The position numbers and the translations under genes were made by a program. A DNA stretch of 64,000 nucleotides. It comes from Laetmonice hystrix (lineage: Eukaryota). Below are positions 58,601-64,000 of the stretch, in pieces. The notes beneath the pieces are model-generated. The model was not told the DNA's origin. It searched no databases and saw only the letters and a list, made by a program, of their open reading frames with translations. The DNA is taken from NCBI GenBank assembly GCA_965235115.1, contig OZ249445.1, positions 15,190,001 through 15,254,000 of the forward strand, read 5' to 3'. The stretch's first letter is position 1; each line of letters begins with the position of its first letter.

Positions 58601-59786
58601 CGTGGCCTTAATTCCTAACTACAGGTGCGCACGAATGGGATATCGGTCTGCCATACTAGTAAAGGTGGAATCTTGTAGAGTAGACAACGCAGCCTCATTG
58701 GTACGGAAATCATGTATTGAACAGGACGATAAGGGTGTACAAATTTTAGTCATAATTCTATTGACCAACTGAAACAATGATGTAAAAATTCTATCTTTCG
58801 GGCAAATCTAACTAAGCCGAAGGTGTTGTAATATGGTCAAAATACACTTGTGGTACACTCTACACAAGTGGCATGTTCTGCAAATATTGAAAACGGCACA
58901 TTAAAATCGAAACTGAACCTTGTGTACAAGATAGATAAAAAATTCTTCTTCTCTGTTACGTTCACCGTTGACGAGGTTGACAATCAATGCGGCAGTCTGT
59001 AAGACATTGTAAATATTTCATAGAGTCGTGGCAGTCCTCGACCACAGTCCCAGAGAGTCCCAGAGAGTCCTTGCCGGTCGGTCTGACATCAAATTAATAG
59101 CATCGACCGATAATGAAGTATGCCAACATTGAAATTTGACACGTACATTTGAAAGAAAGCAAGCAATGAAAAGTCTGTTTAGCCTGCAAAGGCGGGCAAT
59201 CAAAACTAGCCTTTTTAAACCCTGAATTTGTTTTAGGATGCGCTGTAGAAAGTGTAACGGAAATAGATAGAACGCCAATAACCTGTCAAGAGATCATTCC
59301 AACTAAAGAAAACTAGGAAATAATAATCTTAGTGGCAGTAACTGAAATTCAAGAAGAAATCTGTATAAAGTCGGGAGACTAGGGGACCACGCGGAGTGTG
59401 CGGATAGTGAAGTATAACACTTTGAGTGTAGTCGTCTGACGTACACGAAGCCTTGTAAATAAGACGTTGATGACGTCATAGCAGGAGGTTACAGGACTGA
59501 CCAATCGGTGATCGCTTACCAAATGCTCTACTCTTACTGTAGTGACTGTCTCACTACAACCCTCTGTCTTATCAAAGTGGCCCTCTTATATAATGTACAT
59601 CGTCAAAACTATTATTATTATTGTACAGGAAACGACCGAGAAACAATAAAATGGAACTGGTTCTAAAAGTACTTCTTGCCTTTGCAGGTCTTTTATGCGT
59701 TATGAAAGTAGAATTTACAGTGTCTCAACTTTCAGTCTTCACAAGGTATCAACCCCCAAGAATTTCTCAGCCTAATCAGGGATCCA

Positions 59787-59902
59787 GGGGGGCGTTTCTC
59801 ATCATGTCGTTAGCTTGTCGTATCGTTAATTATAACGTCCAATGCATTTTCAATGGGGATTTTAACGCACGACAGGATAACGATAGGTGAGAAACGCGCC
59901 CC
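59787..59902. mobile_element. Palindromic MITE-like element, copy 2 (inverted, more diverged)
   Basis: Shares tcatcatgtcgttagcttgtcgtatcgttaa; its spacer is the reverse complement of the copy 1 spacer. Confidence 0.75.
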
Positions 59903-60866
59903 GGGATAGATTACCCGCCTGCCTGCTACGGCTTTCTGGAGGTCAACACCCGGTACAGGGTCCTTGGGGCCCTGTATAAAAAAAATTACATTTACCCTCA
60001 TTTACATTTACATTACATTTACATTAGGCTACATTTACCCTCAGCGTGACTGACTCACTCCAAACCTCAATGATGCTGCTCGACACCTGGAGCAATGTGT
60101 TTGCAGTGTATTTCAGAAAATGTGGTATTTTCTGAAGGGGGCATTCGTCAGTAGAGGCGCTCAAACTCGTACTGTGCCCATGGCACGATGGTAAACGTCG
60201 AAAAAACTAACAATTCGCACCAATAAGAACACATTGAATAGATGCAACTGGCCCCAGGTATAAGTTAATATTCGGCGCAGTACTAGTTTAAGATTTGGCA
60301 CGAGAGAAAGAAAAGAAATGCAGGACATGGTGCACCATTGACCATCCCTGCCAATGGATATCTCGGTTGGTTTTAAGGGAATTATTATTACTTCCATTTG
60401 CAGTGTCTCTGGCGACCCCCTAAATCCAGGCTGGTGACATTTAGTTATGGAAGCGAGTGGCCGGCGGGTCATTCCTCCAGGCAGCAATGTGTGATAACTT
60501 CTCCAGGAGAGACAACACAATATCGCCAGTCAATATCACAAAGTAGTTGTCCAACTGTTTTTTTACCCTTGCCGTGGTCCTTATAAATACGGCATCCCAC
60601 TTTTATTGGAGATTCGCCACAATAACGTGCCATGATGAGTTGCTGTGAGTGGTAAGGTGAATCACTCGGCTGGCGTGGGGGTCCCAGTCGTATTGTCGTA
60701 TTGTCGAGTAGCGTGAGGGTCTGGCTGTTATAGGGACCTCATAAACCTGTCCCAGGATCCGGTTAGACCCCGGCGGGGAGCTTTACAGTAATACAGTCGT
60801 CCTAGCCTGCATGCTGTCCGTGTGGGCATTGTAGTTCTTTATAAACCAGGGCAGAGCAGCCTGTAG

Positions 60867-61108
60867 GCGTCAATACGGAGCTACGCGCGTCTGTAACACT
60901 TTCGATCCTGGCTTCTGATTGATTCTTTTCTTACGCGCGTAAGTTTTTATCTACGCGCGTCAATACGGAGCTACGCGCGTCTGTAACACTTTCCTGGCTT
61001 CTGATTGGTTCTTTTCTTACGCGCGTAAGTTTTTATCTACGCGCGTCAATACGGAGCTACGCGCGTCTGTAACACTTTCCTGGCTCCTGCGTGGCGTAGC
61101 TACGCGCG
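60867..61108. repeat. 86-90 bp tandem repeat x2.5, rich in TACGCGCGT
   Basis: caatacggagctacgcgcgt at 60871, 60961, 61047. Confidence 0.93.
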
Positions 61109-64000
61109 GTTTTGGCCCTGATTCCGCGTCATATGACAGGTCCTCGGCGGGGAGCTTGTACAATGAGGGAAGTTTGAACCCCGCGCTGTGACCAGTGATG
61201 GGCGGTCACAGCTTGGACTCGCGTCAATCATTGACCCGATGTAAACATTGGCCGACAGGTGGCGCGGCAGGCAGCGTCTTGCTCCATAGCGGCGTGTTCT
61301 CTGGTCGCCACTTGACCTGTAGCCCGCCACACTTCTCAGGCAATACGATCCTGAGGGTGTCGTGTTGGAGTCTGGGTCCCGGTTTACGGCAGGGTCAACA
61401 GATGGTCGGGGACGCTAGGAGTCTCTTTGTCCGATTCTATCCCACAAATAAGTCTTGTTACCAAGTGTACAACATGTTGTGGTCAAATATTATATTTACA
61501 TGTAGGCCTATTCTTATACCTATTGGGATGGCTCATATCGGCTCCGTATGGGCAACAGACGGATGCGGTCTATGTTTTGGGGAGAGACTGGATAAATTCT
61601 AGCAGTTCCTGTAGCGTTTTACTAACGTAAACATGCTATAGGCTGTCCTGGATGTGTTTTCATTCTCACCGTGTGTCTCTAGAGGACCATACTCGGGTCA
61701 TCCCTCCGTTCGCTCCAGTTCACATTCTTTGGATTTCTAACTTTTTGTCTGGTATTCATCGATTACACACCGACTGGTAATGTCTGTCCTATGGTGCATG
61801 GCTGGGGACCCGTTTGAACAATGAGACGGTGGTGATAAAAATCGGGGTTGTTTATGTGAATGGTGAGAGGGGCGGTCTAGGTGGGGGAGGGGTGGGGGTT
61901 CACACCCCGTTTGTGATGTAACGCGCCCTGACAGTATAGAAGATAGCAGATATAAAGACTTACTCCTGTATGTCGCCGGTCGTGTTGTGTTAGACGGCAG
62001 ATAATATCAGTAACGTCACCAGCCTCTTGCTCTCTCGATCTCACTACAGGGTCATCTAACATACTCAGTGTCCTGGACGGGGTGAAATACTCATGATATC
62101 AAAGATCCGCTAAATAAAACTGATGCACGGATCTAACTCTATGCGAGGTTTAAATTGACTTTTCACGCGGTATGGAAACTGCTGACGAAGCACGGAAGGT
62201 CTAGGATCGAGTTTTGATTCAGACCCCACCTTCCAAGTCGGACTTAAAACATATGGTGTGGCTGTAAACTGCTATTCTTAGTATCAGGAGATACCGTTGA
62301 CTGATCATATTGGTGGTAAACCACAAAACTGGTCGAGGATGGACAGTTATTAGTTGTTTGTAGTCTGTAGTGGCCTATGGTAGAAATATGAGGCGGACAT
62401 CTGTTACAACTGACAAGTTTCCATGAAAAAAAACATTATGAGACACCAGCAATGTTATGGATGACGTGATTTTGCTGCACCAAAGGGAACTACTTTGGAG
62501 GTGTGAGTGTTGCTGTCTGGCTACGTTCATGCAACCAGTGTTGGTTCATGTCACTTTACTTCTGTGACAAGTCAGAAACAGGCGCGCCACCTCAAATCTC
62601 TCTATGGTTCTCTTAACAGAGGACATGTTAAGTGCACCTTTTTATACTTAAGTCAATATCGAATATTGTGGTGTATACCATGAGAATATATACTTAGACG
62701 TTTTGGGGGTTTTTTTTCATGTCGCTTTCAATTTAGACCATTCTGGGACAAAATTAGGGGATCATCCATGATAACAAGTGGCTTATATTATAGACCCATA
62801 ATCGTTATGATATTTGTTCGCAGTAAATATATCAAAAGAACACCGACCTTCTTACCGTCCCTGTGTATAGTTTGATTACGTTGAAGGTCAACGGAAAGAA
62901 TATTCTCTGCCAGGCATTCATATCACACCCGTCTGAAAGATCTAAAATCGAAACGGACGGCAGAGCGGAAGGCCTCCATTTTAGTTTAGTCTGTTGTCCT
63001 GCTTGGCATACAGATGTTTGAGATACCAGGTTGGGATGGGTCTGGCCAGTTACTGAGGGGAGGTGGGTATAATGTCAGGATTACGCTACATGACCCAACC
63101 CTGGGGCCTACCGAAGATGCTGTTTTATGTGCAACATGTAATCCCCGCACCACTGGCGTTTCCTGGACTTCAGGGCGTCTTCACAAAGGTCAAAGCCACA
63201 AATTGTCTTCACGACGCTGAGCAATAAATCCGGCCCACAGTATCCTTTTGACTTACTGCCTGATAGTCCCCCGCGAATTTACTCAGCCAATTCAAGATCG
63301 TGAGAGGAGAGAAAAGTAGACGGACAGTATGCGCTCATGGATGTTTTCTCCTGCCGCCAACAGCGGTAAAGTTCGGAAGGCGTACGGAAACATATGACTA
63401 AGAGAATAGGAACTTATTATTTCAAGGGTAAACGCTTCCTGTTTTTATGTTGCCCAAACGCGGCTGACATGATGGGGAAAGTTTTGCCCGGTCGGTGAGG
63501 ATGGAGAATGTCTCTGAGAACACGTGCAGGAGAGAATGCTGAGTGAGAACCAGATGGTCCACTCCACGGCGGGCAGGTAGGCCCAAGTCTCAGCGGAATT
63601 TCTTCCTCCTGGCGATCAAAATGGGATGTTATTTCATGAAGGACGTCATGAAAAGTTCAACGGTTCATGGTTGAAAGCTGTTCGACCATGGTTGATTCAG
63701 TATAGGGATACGATACGAGCTGAGGCTTGAGGGTGACTTGTTCTCACCAACAAACCAAGCGTTGTCATTAAAACTTGACCGTTGGGAGGGGGCAGAGATC
63801 GGTCAAAAGGGCAACGGTGGAGGAGAGCATGTCGGATAGCTCATTATTCATACACAGTGTGATATGTATGAACCAGGTCTGTAGGCCTCTCCCCTCACTG
63901 CCCCATACCCTGGCTAACCCCCGCCCTCCCAGCCCACACCGCCCCATGGGGTCAGGCCACCGGCTGGCTGGGTTTGAGGGCAGCCGCCCACAACCTGACC

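Noticed and set aside
61877-64000. Short ORFs and isolated splice-like sites at the right end
   Set aside because: No consistent reading frame or recognisable protein could be assembled on either strand.

Overview
Eukaryotic (animal) genomic DNA with spliceosomal introns; no prokaryotic features. Probably a non-vertebrate bilaterian, but the species cannot be fixed from sequence alone. About 2.3-53.3 kb is one + strand gene, MADD / Rab3-GEF / aex-3 (DENN-domain GEF). I traced 29 frame-consistent coding exons by hand (4642 nt, about 1546 aa plus stop). The N-terminal exons lie upstream of the window. The most interesting layer is a set of unannotated-looking, frame-preserving alternative exons: a 9-nt (DFE) and a 21-nt microexon near the C-terminus, 24-54 nt cassettes, and a 321-nt (AQ)n/polyQ cassette inside the DENN core. 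There are also a duplicated alternative last exon, three GC-AG donors, and candidate internal promoters in the 13.5-kb intron. Introns also hold several minisatellites, MITE-like inverted-repeat elements, RFX X-box motifs, CTCF motifs and long G/C runs. Downstream of about 55.7 kb there is only weak evidence for another + strand gene. Homology statements come from my recall of MADD family sequence, not from a database search.
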